From the sequence record SRR22947725_1805: a stretch of 64,000 nucleotides of DNA. The stretch is one strand, 5' to 3'. The notes beneath the pieces are model-generated. The model ran no database searches. It was not told the DNA's origin and saw nothing but the letters and a program-made list of their open reading frames with translations. The first letter of the stretch is position 1, and each line of letters starts with the position of its first letter. A program made the position numbers and the translations under genes. Positions 9,275 through 18,171 of this stretch are shown here, piece by piece.

Positions 9275-9760
9275 ATGACAGATAAGAAAGACCCTAAAAA
9301 GAGCGTTATCCCCTCTCGGTGGGCAGAGGGAATGGAAGAAGTCTTCCATGTCGTACTCGGAGTGTTTCTTTTTGGTATCGCACTGGCAGCGCTCGGTTTT
9401 TCCATCGTCCGGGTGTTCACCACTGACCCGTTTTTCCCCAACGGAATGATTCAGGCGATTAACGACATCTTGTTCATCATCATCATTCTGGAAATCATCC
9501 GTACCGTCATCGCCCGATACACCGATGGTGTGTTCCAACTGCAGAACTTCTTGATTATCGGCATCATCGCCGCCGTTCGACACATCTTGACGGTGGGAGC
9601 TTCGATGACGTTGGGCGCCGAAAAGCCCCAGCAAGCATTTGACCGGGCAGTCATCGAGTTGGGTATCAGCTCCGCGATTGTGGTGGCACTGGTGTTTGCC
9701 ATATTCCTCTCGAAAGCGGCAGACGCCATCACCCAGAAAGAGTCAAAGAAAAAGGGCTAA
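9275..9760 (+). CDS. phosphate-starvation-inducible PsiE family membrane protein
   Basis: Four TM helices with ILFIIIILEIIRTV and FLIIGIIAAVRHIL; TAGGGT 6 nt upstream of the ATG (leaderless-type). Confidence 0.75.
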   Translation: MTDKKDPKKSVIPSRWAEGMEEVFHVVLGVFLFGIALAALGFSIVRVFTTDPFFPNGMIQAINDILFIIIILEIIRTVIARYTDGVFQLQNFLIIGIIAAVRHILTVGASMTLGAEKPQQAFDRAVIELGISSAIVVALVFAIFLSKAADAITQKESKKKG

Positions 9761-9783
9761 CCAGCTGAGTGGATCCTTCTCCC

Positions 9784-9984
9784 CTAGAGGGTGAAGTGCA
9801 GGACAAGGCTTCCCACCAGCAGAACAAGTCCCAGGATTCCTACGAATCGGTGGGCGTTGCCTTTCCACAATCTCTGAACCTGGGACACCACAAAGGCGAT
9901 GGGCTTGGAATCAGAGACCCGCAGTCCACCATCGGCCAACCACGCGCCAATGGCTGCGATAACGAGATAACCGGACACCCCCAC
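9784..9984 (-). CDS. small membrane protein (2 TM); start may be the GTG at 9978
   Basis: Two hydrophobic stretches; TAGTGT lies 6 nt upstream of GTG 9978. Confidence 0.5.
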   Translation of the reverse strand: MGVSGYLVIAAIGAWLADGGLRVSDSKPIAFVVSQVQRLWKGNAHRFVGILGLVLLVGSLVLHFTL

Positions 9985-10050
9985 ACACTACCGCCTAGCT
10001 CTACAGGTGCCTGAGGTAGGGTTCAACAACAGCCAAGGAAAGAGGATGAC

Positions 10051-10446
10051 ATGGGTTTTGGAGCAGCAATTACGTCCTTTTGGAAGAACTTCGCGACCTT
10101 CAAGGCACGTGCGCGTCGCTCGGAGTACTGGTTCATTCAGCTTTTCCTTGTGCTGACTAATCTCGCAGCATTCTTTATTGACCTAGCGCTGCTTGATGGC
10201 GACCTCGAGCGCATTATGGCGATGGGCGGCGGCGGCATCGTCGGCTTGGTCTGGGCGTTGGCCACTATCGTGCCAGCACTGGCAGTACTCATCCGACGCC
10301 TTCACGACACGGATAAGAGCGGTTGGTGGGTATTGATCGGACTGGTTCCCTTCGTCGGCGGCATCGTTTTGTTGGTCTTTACCCTCCAGGACTCCACACC
10401 CGGTGATAACAAGCACGGCGGATCCCCCAAGGCCCTCCAGGGCTAG
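10051..10446 (+). CDS. DUF805 domain membrane protein
   Basis: FKARARRSEYW, RRLHDTDKSGWW and PGDNKHG motifs; AGAGGA SD. Confidence 0.9.
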   Translation: MGFGAAITSFWKNFATFKARARRSEYWFIQLFLVLTNLAAFFIDLALLDGDLERIMAMGGGGIVGLVWALATIVPALAVLIRRLHDTDKSGWWVLIGLVPFVGGIVLLVFTLQDSTPGDNKHGGSPKALQG

Positions 10447-10475
10447 GTTTCCCGACCGCTAGTCGCGGTGGCTTT

Positions 10476-10512
10476 CGCGCCGCTTGCGCGCCGCTTGCGC
10501 GCCGCTTGCGCG
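10476..10512. repeat. 11-bp tandem repeat (CGCGCCGCTTG) x3 plus 4 nt
   Basis: Read directly between the convergent DUF805 and hydrolase genes. Confidence 0.85.
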
Positions 10513-10577
10513 AGTTCTTTCTCGGGTTCTGAATAAGGAGCTCGATCACGAACATCAGGGTCGTGTTTCCAGCTTCT

Positions 10578-12260
10578 CTAGCCCGGACACGTCACATCAA
10601 CAACCTCGGCGGTGCCGAGGAAGTAGTCCACCAGGATGTTGTTGATGCACGAGTTGTCATAGCCTGCAGCCGGCGCGTGCTTGCTAGATTCCACACTCAC
10701 CAGCGGTGCACCAAGAAGTTCTGCGGTGTCTTGCGCAAACGCATACGGGGTGACTGATTCATTAATCGAGCCAATGATTAGCAGCTGCTTGCCGGAAGGA
10801 TTCGAAGGAATAAAGGGAGTGTTTGGAGGATCGGGAATCAGATCGTCAGCTTTGGCGAAGTCATCCCAGCTCAGTCCCTTCGGGGGCCCAATGTATTCAT
10901 AGCCACTGGTGTCAGACGTGAGGGCAGACAGCAGCGGGGCGGCCGCTAAGAGCCTTTCGCTGAGTTCCTGCTGTTCTTCGATGGTCAAAGGGTCACCGGA
11001 GTAATCCATCGTGTTCACGATGACCATGACTTCGTATTGATTCGAACGGATGATGTTTTTAGCTTCGAGTGAGGTGCCGTCCAGGGAATCAGGGTCATAA
11101 CCATCGAGAGAAAGGCCCAACCACTCGAAGGTCCCATTCCAGCTCGAAAAGTACGCGTCATCGATGGCCGTGTTGAAGATTTCTTGCGCGTAATCCTCGG
11201 GGTAGTAATTCAGGGTCCGCACCCCTCTCACAAAGAGCGCTTCTGAGCTGACCATATTCCCCGGGCTCGCTTCGCTTTCGATATAGCCGACATACCCAAC
11301 CAACTGGTCGTCATCCGCTTTTTGGCGGATGGTCAACATGCGCTCCCACGCTTCGTCAAAGCTGATTTCGGAGTAGCTGGCATAGCCCTCGACGAAGCCG
11401 CGAAGCTTCGCTTCGTCGGCCTCGAAGCCCTCCACTGCGCTGGCGATCCGGTCGTTATCCACGGTGGTGGGGCTATCGAAGACGACTTTTCCCACCCCTT
11501 CGGGGAAAAGGCTGACGTAGCGACCAGCAATAGTCGTGCCATAGGAAGCACCAATGAAGTTCAGTGCTTCACCGGGAGTGATGACTTGGCGAAGAAGGTC
11601 GAGGTCCCTGGCAACATTGTCGGTAGAAAGCGTCCACCAATAGGGGTTGGCGTCAACACAATCCTGGTAGTAGGCGTCACTGCCTTCAACCAGGACATCG
11701 AGTTCTGCCTCACTTGCAGGGGATCCTTCCTGGAAATAGCTGATGTAGTCCAATTCACCCGAGCATTCGATTTCGGTGCCATCAGAAAAGTCAGAGAACC
11801 CCACCCCTCGGGGGTCAAAGCCAATAAAGGGGAATTCATCGTGAAGCTCTTTGGGGAAGTTAGAGGTTTGCACCTGTTCCAGGCCAGAACCACCAGGGCC
11901 ACCGGGATTGATGAAAATCCCGGTGGTGGGGTTTGATTCTGCACCGTCACGGATAACCCGCATCACCGCAAGGGAGAAATCAGGGATGTCCTGGTTGCCC
12001 TGGTAGGTAGCGGGGACCAATACGGTGCCACATTCCACTTCAGATTGCGCCAACACCGAACTGGGGCCTTCGACTATCCAGTCGGTGGGGCAGCTACCCC
12101 AGGCAAAGTCTTGATTCAGGTAGGGCGTAATGTCTCGATTCCCCGTCATTAAGAGGGCGGTTTCTTCCTCGCTCAGCGCGGGGGGTTCGGTTGCTGTGGT
12201 GCAAGCGGCGAGGGTTAAGGCCACAACAGCGGCCGACGCGAAAAGCGAGAAACGGATCAT
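10578..12260 (-). CDS. secreted lipoprotein alpha/beta hydrolase (tripeptidyl aminopeptidase/TAP-like, peptidase S33)
   Basis: Lipobox LAAC, NPGGPGGSG, GFDPRGVG, nucleophile GASYG, C-terminal His (SKHAP); start at ATG 12260 gives a clean signal peptide. Confidence 0.87.
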   Translation of the reverse strand: MIRFSLFASAAVVALTLAACTTATEPPALSEEETALLMTGNRDITPYLNQDFAWGSCPTDWIVEGPSSVLAQSEVECGTVLVPATYQGNQDIPDFSLAVMRVIRDGAESNPTTGIFINPGGPGGSGLEQVQTSNFPKELHDEFPFIGFDPRGVGFSDFSDGTEIECSGELDYISYFQEGSPASEAELDVLVEGSDAYYQDCVDANPYWWTLSTDNVARDLDLLRQVITPGEALNFIGASYGTTIAGRYVSLFPEGVGKVVFDSPTTVDNDRIASAVEGFEADEAKLRGFVEGYASYSEISFDEAWERMLTIRQKADDDQLVGYVGYIESEASPGNMVSSEALFVRGVRTLNYYPEDYAQEIFNTAIDDAYFSSWNGTFEWLGLSLDGYDPDSLDGTSLEAKNIIRSNQYEVMVIVNTMDYSGDPLTIEEQQELSERLLAAAPLLSALTSDTSGYEYIGPPKGLSWDDFAKADDLIPDPPNTPFIPSNPSGKQLLIIGSINESVTPYAFAQDTAELLGAPLVSVESSKHAPAAGYDNSCINNILVDYFLGTAEVVDVTCPG

Positions 12261-12466
12261 GGTGTGAGCTCCTGGGAGTCTGTGGAGGGGATTCTTGCCC
12301 CTGTTTTCTTCCACTGCGAGTGTATTCCGCGGTACTGACTTAGTCCCGCGCGATCAATATGGGAAAAAGAGGGTGAGGGCAGGCGGTACCCGCACTGGAC
12401 GCAGAAATCGTTGCCCCAGACCCAGGCAGCGCGACACTTCGGGCAATTCCGGGGTTCTTCTGCCAT
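12257..12466 (-). CDS. small zinc-ribbon protein
   Basis: CPKC-x10-CVQCG; its stop overlaps the hydrolase start (ATGA). Confidence 0.55.
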   Translation of the reverse strand: MAEEPRNCPKCRAAWVWGNDFCVQCGYRLPSPSFSHIDRAGLSQYRGIHSQWKKTGARIPSTDSQELTP

Positions 12467-12580
12467 GGCGGCCCCGTTCCACTACGACCACTTGATAATT
12501 ATTCAAATGACATGATCGCGGGGTGGTGGCCGGAACGATCTGGCACACCTGAATAGGTCGACGCCCCAGGCGGTGCCAAC

Positions 12581-13294
12581 CTAGTCAGGTTTTCTCTGTA
12601 CCTCATAGAAGACGCTGAAGATCTCAGCCTTTTTCGTTGAGATGCAATATTCAACCGGGCGACCGCCGGAATCAAAGCCCACCTGGGTGAATTCCAGGGC
12701 GGGCGCACCTACCTCATCGTCAAGCAATTCAGCGAGCACCGGCGACAATGGGACCGCTGCAACAGAATGGGTTGCCTTTTCAACCCCTCTTCCGTAGGTT
12801 TCCCTGAGCAGGGCATAAATCGACTGCGAAAGATCACGCGAGAGTAAATCGGGCGCTGCCGCAATATCGATGAAAGCCTCCTCAATACACATAGGTTGCC
12901 CGCTGCCTGAGCGCAAACGGTAGATTCTGAAGACTCTTTCCGCAACGTCTCCCCAGGCCTCTCGAACCGCCTGTGGCGTGGGGACAACTTCCGCCTGAAG
13001 AACTGTGGTTGAGGGAATCAGGCCCCGCTGCTCCATATCCTGAGTGAAGGAGGTTAGGTGAGCTCGCTTAGGAATGCGCTGCTCCCTGACGAAGGTTCCA
13101 CTTCCCGGGATGGAATACAGCAAGCCGTCGTCTTGCATGTCACCGATGGCGTGACGAAGTGTCATTCGGCTAACTCCAAGGGCCTCTGAAAGCTCACGCT
13201 CAGAGGGAATCTTCGAATGAGGCTTCAAATCGGAAACTAGCCTATTCAAGGCCCGGGTTGTCACCTGCTTCTTCGTTTCCTTCACCTTGTTCAT
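12581..13294 (-). CDS. GntR/HutC (UTRA) family regulator, NagR/DasR-like
   Basis: HTH PSERELSEALGVSRMTLRHA..GSGTFV and UTRA C-terminus (LTSFTQDM); start at 13294 overlaps the nanE stop (ATGA). Confidence 0.9.
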   Translation of the reverse strand: MNKVKETKKQVTTRALNRLVSDLKPHSKIPSERELSEALGVSRMTLRHAIGDMQDDGLLYSIPGSGTFVREQRIPKRAHLTSFTQDMEQRGLIPSTTVLQAEVVPTPQAVREAWGDVAERVFRIYRLRSGSGQPMCIEEAFIDIAAAPDLLSRDLSQSIYALLRETYGRGVEKATHSVAAVPLSPVLAELLDDEVGAPALEFTQVGFDSGGRPVEYCISTKKAEIFSVFYEVQRKPD

Positions 13295-13965
13295 TTCATC
13301 TTTTCTACTAGACGCTTCGTCAGCGTCCATGGGTCAGTCAGTGACGTGCCTATGCAGACCGCATGAGCTCCAAACTCAAGTGCCCTCCGCACATCGTCGG
13401 AGCTCGAATAACGTCCCTCCGCAATTACGGGGATGTTCAAGGCTGCGGCAATTTCGCGGACCAAATCGAGGTCGGGGTGGAGGGGAATCTTCCCACCGGT
13501 GTAACCGCTGAGGGTTGTCCCCACTAGCGCTGCGCCAGCATGCACGGCGCTAGTGGCGCTGGAGAGCGAATCAACATCAGCCATGATCGGAACCGCTCCG
13601 ATTGCTGCTACCGCCTCGGTGATGAAATCGACAGAAGTTACGCCACCCTCGCGGAGGCGTTGGGTGGCATCTAGGGCGACGATGTTTGCGCCCGCCTCAA
13701 CCAGACTGAGGACATCATCGATTTTGGGCGTTATGTAGATTTCGCTGGTATCAGCGCGCTTGATAAGCCCAATGACCGGTATCGTCACCTCTTTCTTGAT
13801 GGCCTCAACATTCTCAAGGCCTTCCGCCCTGATGGCTACCGCCCCCGCATTTTCTGCGGCAGCGGCAATTCGTCCGAGAATGTATGGGTCTCTCAATGGT
13901 GAGCCCTCTGGGGCCTGGCATGACACCACAAGTCCGCCCTTCAAGCTCTCAAGCATCTTGTTCAT
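13291..13965 (-). CDS. nanE: N-acetylmannosamine-6-phosphate 2-epimerase
   Basis: LVVSCQA, AIRAEG, PVIGLIK, YITP, MADV, GTTLSGYT and IAEGR motifs. Confidence 0.92.
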   Translation of the reverse strand: MNKMLESLKGGLVVSCQAPEGSPLRDPYILGRIAAAAENAGAVAIRAEGLENVEAIKKEVTIPVIGLIKRADTSEIYITPKIDDVLSLVEAGANIVALDATQRLREGGVTSVDFITEAVAAIGAVPIMADVDSLSSATSAVHAGAALVGTTLSGYTGGKIPLHPDLDLVREIAAALNIPVIAEGRYSSSDDVRRALEFGAHAVCIGTSLTDPWTLTKRLVEKMK

Positions 13966-14885
13966 CACGCGCTCCACCACTTCATCAAACTCATGATGTT
14001 CTTCCTTCCAAGTTGCTCCAGCCGTTCTAGTCCATCAAGGGCGTTGCCAACAGGCTCGACGACTTCGAAGTTGTCACGTTCGGACTTGATCCGGCGCCTC
14101 ACCAAATCCCGGTATCCACTGTTTCGCATGAGTCCTCCCCCTAGCGCGACACGAGCTCTCGTGTCCCCAAGGCCGGCTTGCTCTGCAGATGCGACAGCGA
14201 GAGCACCCAAGCGTTCAGCCGCCGATATCACGATTTGTGATGCAATCTCATCGCCGGCTTCAGCTGACTGGAGGACATCTGATGAAAAAGCGATGAAGGC
14301 CTTGTGGATTTCATCTTTAGCGACGTGGGTGCGCACGAACTCATCATGAGGCCCAAATCTCTGGACGAATAATTCGCCCAAAAATGTATGCCGGTCGCTC
14401 CCTTCAATTGCTCGAATTGCCGACCTTATTCCTTTTCGACCCAGCCAATAGGCACTTCCGCTATCCCCGAAATCCGAGCCATTGCCATCGAGATGAACGA
14501 AATTATTCCCGTGTCGTGCCACAACAACAACTCCGCCACCCACGGCTAACGCAACACCGTCTTTCCCTTCCAGGGAGCCTACGCTCCAGGCAAGGCCATC
14601 ATCGCAAACACCGAGGGAGCTGCAACCTGTGAGTTCCACACATACAGAGGCGAGCTCAGTTAGGACTGGCACCTTCCCTCTCAGCCCGGTGAGGCTCATG
14701 ACAACGGTGCCAGCCTGAGATTGGTCTATTTCGGATAACACATCCCTCAGGAGGTCCTCGATCTGAGTCCCTGGGGCGAACCCTTTCGATATCGAGTGCC
14801 GAACCCCCAGCGCGTCTTGAACCCGGGAACCGGTTTGGCCCACATCGACAAATAGCCGACAGCCTGCGGGATTCATGTTTTCCAA
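13965..14885 (-). CDS. BadF/BadG/BcrA/BcrD-type N-acetylhexosamine kinase
   Basis: VDVGQTGS ASKHA phosphate loop, DGNGSDFGDSGSAYWLGRKG, LGGGL; TGATG overlap with nanE. Start uncertain (14885 or 14876). Confidence 0.8.
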   Translation of the reverse strand: MENMNPAGCRLFVDVGQTGSRVQDALGVRHSISKGFAPGTQIEDLLRDVLSEIDQSQAGTVVMSLTGLRGKVPVLTELASVCVELTGCSSLGVCDDGLAWSVGSLEGKDGVALAVGGGVVVVARHGNNFVHLDGNGSDFGDSGSAYWLGRKGIRSAIRAIEGSDRHTFLGELFVQRFGPHDEFVRTHVAKDEIHKAFIAFSSDVLQSAEAGDEIASQIVISAAERLGALAVASAEQAGLGDTRARVALGGGLMRNSGYRDLVRRRIKSERDNFEVVEPVGNALDGLERLEQLGRKNIMSLMKWWSA

Positions 14886-14953
14886 GATACCCGTCCTTAG
14901 CCTTCCGGGGGAGAAACTCTCAATAACTAGCTGACACTGGTAATTTGTTACTC

Positions 14954-14987
14954 TGGTCTAGAGTGTAGTCTAATTGGTACGTACCAA
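14954..14987. promoter_or_regulatory. probable HutC/DasR-type GntR operators in the divergent promoter
   Basis: Perfect palindrome TTGGTACGTACCAA (14974-14987) and partial site TGGTCTAGA (14954-14962), similar to the dre TGGTCTAGACCA core. Confidence 0.7.
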
Positions 14988-15027
14988 AAATCACAGGTAC
15001 CCCTGTGGCATTAAAATTGGAGGAAAA

Positions 15028-16386
15028 ATGCAATCCAAGAAACTGATGGCTGTCGCGAGCTCGTTATTTGCGTCAGCGCTGGTGTTGGCTGGCTGCACAT
15101 CCACGGCAAGCAGCGATGGTGCTGCTGACACGAGTGGAGCATCCGAATCAACCGCAACCGAGGCGACAAATGTATCGATGGTTCTCTGGCCTGGGCCAGA
15201 GGGTGAAGCGATGCAGAAAGTTGTCGACTCCTACAACGCTGGTCAAGGCGTTGCAGATGGTGTTGAGGTCGAGCAAATTTTGCTCAGCCGGGAAGACACC
15301 TTCTCCAAGGAGGCCGCTTTGATGAAGGCTGAGAGTAGTGAGTATGACATTTACTTCACGGCCTCGTATCTCATCGGCCAGCACGCTGGCTATCTGACAC
15401 CCGCTACGGGTGTGGACGCATCGGTCTACCTGGCGGCATCTGTTGAATCGCTGCAGGTGGACGGCATGCAATATGGTGTCCCGCTCGACACCAGTCTTCA
15501 CTTCATGTACTACCGTGAGGACCTAGTCGAGACCCTTAGTGATGCTGCGAACGCCGATTTGTACTCGTCGATCGCAAATGAGGTCTTGGGCAAGTCGCTC
15601 ACCCCGAATGCGGATCCATCCACCTGGACCTGGGAAGACGCGATTGCGACAGCAGCCTTCTTCACTCAGGAATACAACCCCAATTCACCCACCAAGTACG
15701 GCTACGCTTTGCCCGCAAAGAACCTGCTGTATAACACCATGATTTGGAACAACCTGTTGTGGGGGCTTGGTGGTAACTGGGTAGATAGCTCTGGAGCGCC
15801 AGCAATTTCAAGCGACGCTGGTATCGAAGCTATCGAACTCTACGCAACCATCTACGACAAGGGTCTTACCTCTCCAGACTCTGCCCAATGGGAGTATGGA
15901 GAAACCAATGCAGCCCTCACCACGGGTAATGCCATGATGGCTCTTCAATGGAACGCAGCATTCTCCGAACTCAGTACAACCGGTGAAACTGCGGGCAAGC
16001 TGGGTATCGCCCCCCCACCGGGTAGCGGACCACGCACGCACGTGCACTCCCTCGCGGTTGCTCTGAACAAATTCAGTGCAAACCAGGAAGCTGCGCAGAA
16101 GTGGCTTGCATTCCTCGCAACCGAAGAAGCAATGGCAATCTATGCCGAGAATGGTGGCGTCCCTTCGATGCCCGGAATTCTCACTGGAATGGTTGACACC
16201 AATGCCTCGTTTGAGAACATGATTGAGTATGCAAACGAGATTGGCTACTCCGAGCCGAAAGTTGCCCGGGAGTTCGACATTTATGCCGCACTCGCCGAGG
16301 AACTGAGCGTGGCTTGGCTTGGCCAAGAGTCTGCCAGCGCAGCAGCGGAAGCTGCCGACGCTGCGATGGCGGAACTCCTCGAGTAG
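15028..16386 (+). CDS. carbohydrate ABC transporter substrate-binding lipoprotein (CUT1)
   Basis: GGAGG SD, lipobox LAGC, VDGMQYGVP..MYYREDL, WTWED. Confidence 0.9.
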   Translation: MQSKKLMAVASSLFASALVLAGCTSTASSDGAADTSGASESTATEATNVSMVLWPGPEGEAMQKVVDSYNAGQGVADGVEVEQILLSREDTFSKEAALMKAESSEYDIYFTASYLIGQHAGYLTPATGVDASVYLAASVESLQVDGMQYGVPLDTSLHFMYYREDLVETLSDAANADLYSSIANEVLGKSLTPNADPSTWTWEDAIATAAFFTQEYNPNSPTKYGYALPAKNLLYNTMIWNNLLWGLGGNWVDSSGAPAISSDAGIEAIELYATIYDKGLTSPDSAQWEYGETNAALTTGNAMMALQWNAAFSELSTTGETAGKLGIAPPPGSGPRTHVHSLAVALNKFSANQEAAQKWLAFLATEEAMAIYAENGGVPSMPGILTGMVDTNASFENMIEYANEIGYSEPKVAREFDIYAALAEELSVAWLGQESASAAAEAADAAMAELLE

Positions 16387-16419
16387 GGTCCAGCACCTCT
16401 CGAAGACAGCATTATGGAA

Positions 16420-16451
16420 AGGTGGGCACCCCATACGTGGGGTGCCCACCT
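16420..16451 (+). terminator. 14-bp stem-loop after the SBP gene (partial terminator or mRNA stabiliser)
   Basis: AGGTGGGCACCCCA-TACG-TGGGGTGCCCACCT perfect inverted repeat, no U-tail. Confidence 0.7.
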
Positions 16452-16472
16452 CTGTAAGAAGGGAGATGAGAG

Positions 16473-17345
16473 ATGATTCCGCGAACTCGTGATTCACGAA
16501 TTGCAGCGTGGATTCTCACTGCTCCACTACTGGCGTTCTTCGCGTTGATGCTCGGGTACCCGCTACTTGTTGGTCTGCAGACTTCGGTCTCGAGAAACCA
16601 ATTGTCTGAACCGATTGTGTCTTTCTCTGGGCTTGACAACTTCTTCAGAATTTTGACAGACCCTGATTTTTGGGGGTCTATTGGATTCACCTTGCAGTTC
16701 GCCTTCGTCGCGACGTCCCTTCAGCTAGTCCTGGGCTTTCTGCTAGCCCTCGTGTTTGATCGAAAAATCCCGGCAAAAGCTGCGCTTTTTAGCGCTGTGT
16801 TGGTTCCCATCATGATCGCACCGTCGCTGATGGCAGTCATGTTTCGACTGATACTGAATGAAAACATTGGTGCCATTCCCGCAGTCTTCTCACTATTCGG
16901 GGCACAAGTTTCGCTTTTTGATCCCGCTAAGGTCTTTCCCCTACTTATTCTTTTGGACTGCATTCAGTTCATTCCTTTTACTTTTCTCCTCTTCTACGCG
17001 TCTCTGCAAAACATCTCTGACGAGCTTTACGAAGCCGCAAGTATCGATGGAGCTCGATATTCATCCACAATCTGGAGAATCGTCCTCCCCATCCTCAAGC
17101 CTGCGATCGTCGTGGTCGTCCTGCTCAGAATCCTCGAAAGCATCAGGAACTTTGACGTCATCTACATCCTTACTGGGGGCGGACCAGGAACCACCACCCA
17201 AACGGTAGGAATTTTCATCTACAAGACCGCTTTCCAGCAGGGAGACTTTGGGGCAGCGGCAGCGGCATCGGTCATATTGGTACTCCTGTTGGCACCCTTT
17301 ACTCCTTGGATCATCAAGAAGCTCTCAACATCGGAGAAACAATGA
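16473..17345 (+). CDS. carbohydrate ABC transporter permease (MalF-like)
   Basis: GLDNF, EAA loop LYEAASIDGA, FDVIYILTGGGP. Confidence 0.92.
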   Translation: MIPRTRDSRIAAWILTAPLLAFFALMLGYPLLVGLQTSVSRNQLSEPIVSFSGLDNFFRILTDPDFWGSIGFTLQFAFVATSLQLVLGFLLALVFDRKIPAKAALFSAVLVPIMIAPSLMAVMFRLILNENIGAIPAVFSLFGAQVSLFDPAKVFPLLILLDCIQFIPFTFLLFYASLQNISDELYEAASIDGARYSSTIWRIVLPILKPAIVVVVLLRILESIRNFDVIYILTGGGPGTTTQTVGIFIYKTAFQQGDFGAAAAASVILVLLLAPFTPWIIKKLSTSEKQ

Positions 17346-18166
17346 GATTCAGAAAGAGTTCGGGGGGTGCCTTCGCCATTGCCCTGTCTGCCGCTTTTCT
17401 GTTCAACGTGCCCCTCTTGGGCGCAATCTTTAATTCTCTCAGAAGCGACGAAGCCATTGCTTCTGGGGCGTTAGTGTGGGAATTTGATTCTGGGTTCACC
17501 CATTTTCAAAACGCCCTCGGAGCGGCTGGGTACGACTTCCCCTTGTTCTTTCGCAACAGCATCCTGATTTCGTTGGGGGCCGTAATCTTGGTGACCGTTC
17601 TCGCTGTACCGGCTTCTTACGCCGTCGTTCGATTGGGATTCGGGGGGCCTTGGATCCTGCGCATTGCCGTGGCGCTTCGAGTTATTCCCGCAATTTTCTT
17701 CCTCATCCCGTTTTATTTGATGTTTTCTAGATTCGGGTTAATTGATTCAATCTGGGTCCTGATCCTGGTTGATAGCTTTATCAACCTCACGCTCGCCTTG
17801 CTGATTTTCGCCAATGCCTTGGCTGAAATCCCACTTGAGATCGAGGAGTCAGCTGCGATAGATGGTGCAAATGTGTACCAGCGGTTGAGACATATCGTTC
17901 TCCCACTTCTTGCACCAGCTATGGTCTCGGTGGCAGTACTTACCTTCTTGTTCACGTGGGCGGACTATATCTTTGCAGTCGTGCTTACCGCGAGCGATGC
18001 GACCACAGTAACCGTGGGAGCAGCGAACTTTGTGACCAGCTATGGAATCAGGTGGGGTGACATCTCCGCTGCTGTGGTTTTGTCCATCTTTCCCCCCCTA
18101 GTTTTCGCTCTCTTCGCTCAGAAATTCCTCGTGCGCGGACTCGCCTCCGGCGCGGTAAAGGGTTAG
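17342..18166 (+). CDS. carbohydrate ABC transporter permease (MalG-like)
   Basis: IPLEIEESAAIDGA, C-terminal QKFLVRGLASGAVKG; ATGA overlap. Confidence 0.92.
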   Translation: MRFRKSSGGAFAIALSAAFLFNVPLLGAIFNSLRSDEAIASGALVWEFDSGFTHFQNALGAAGYDFPLFFRNSILISLGAVILVTVLAVPASYAVVRLGFGGPWILRIAVALRVIPAIFFLIPFYLMFSRFGLIDSIWVLILVDSFINLTLALLIFANALAEIPLEIEESAAIDGANVYQRLRHIVLPLLAPAMVSVAVLTFLFTWADYIFAVVLTASDATTVTVGAANFVTSYGIRWGDISAAVVLSIFPPLVFALFAQKFLVRGLASGAVKG

Positions 18167-18171
18167 GTCAC

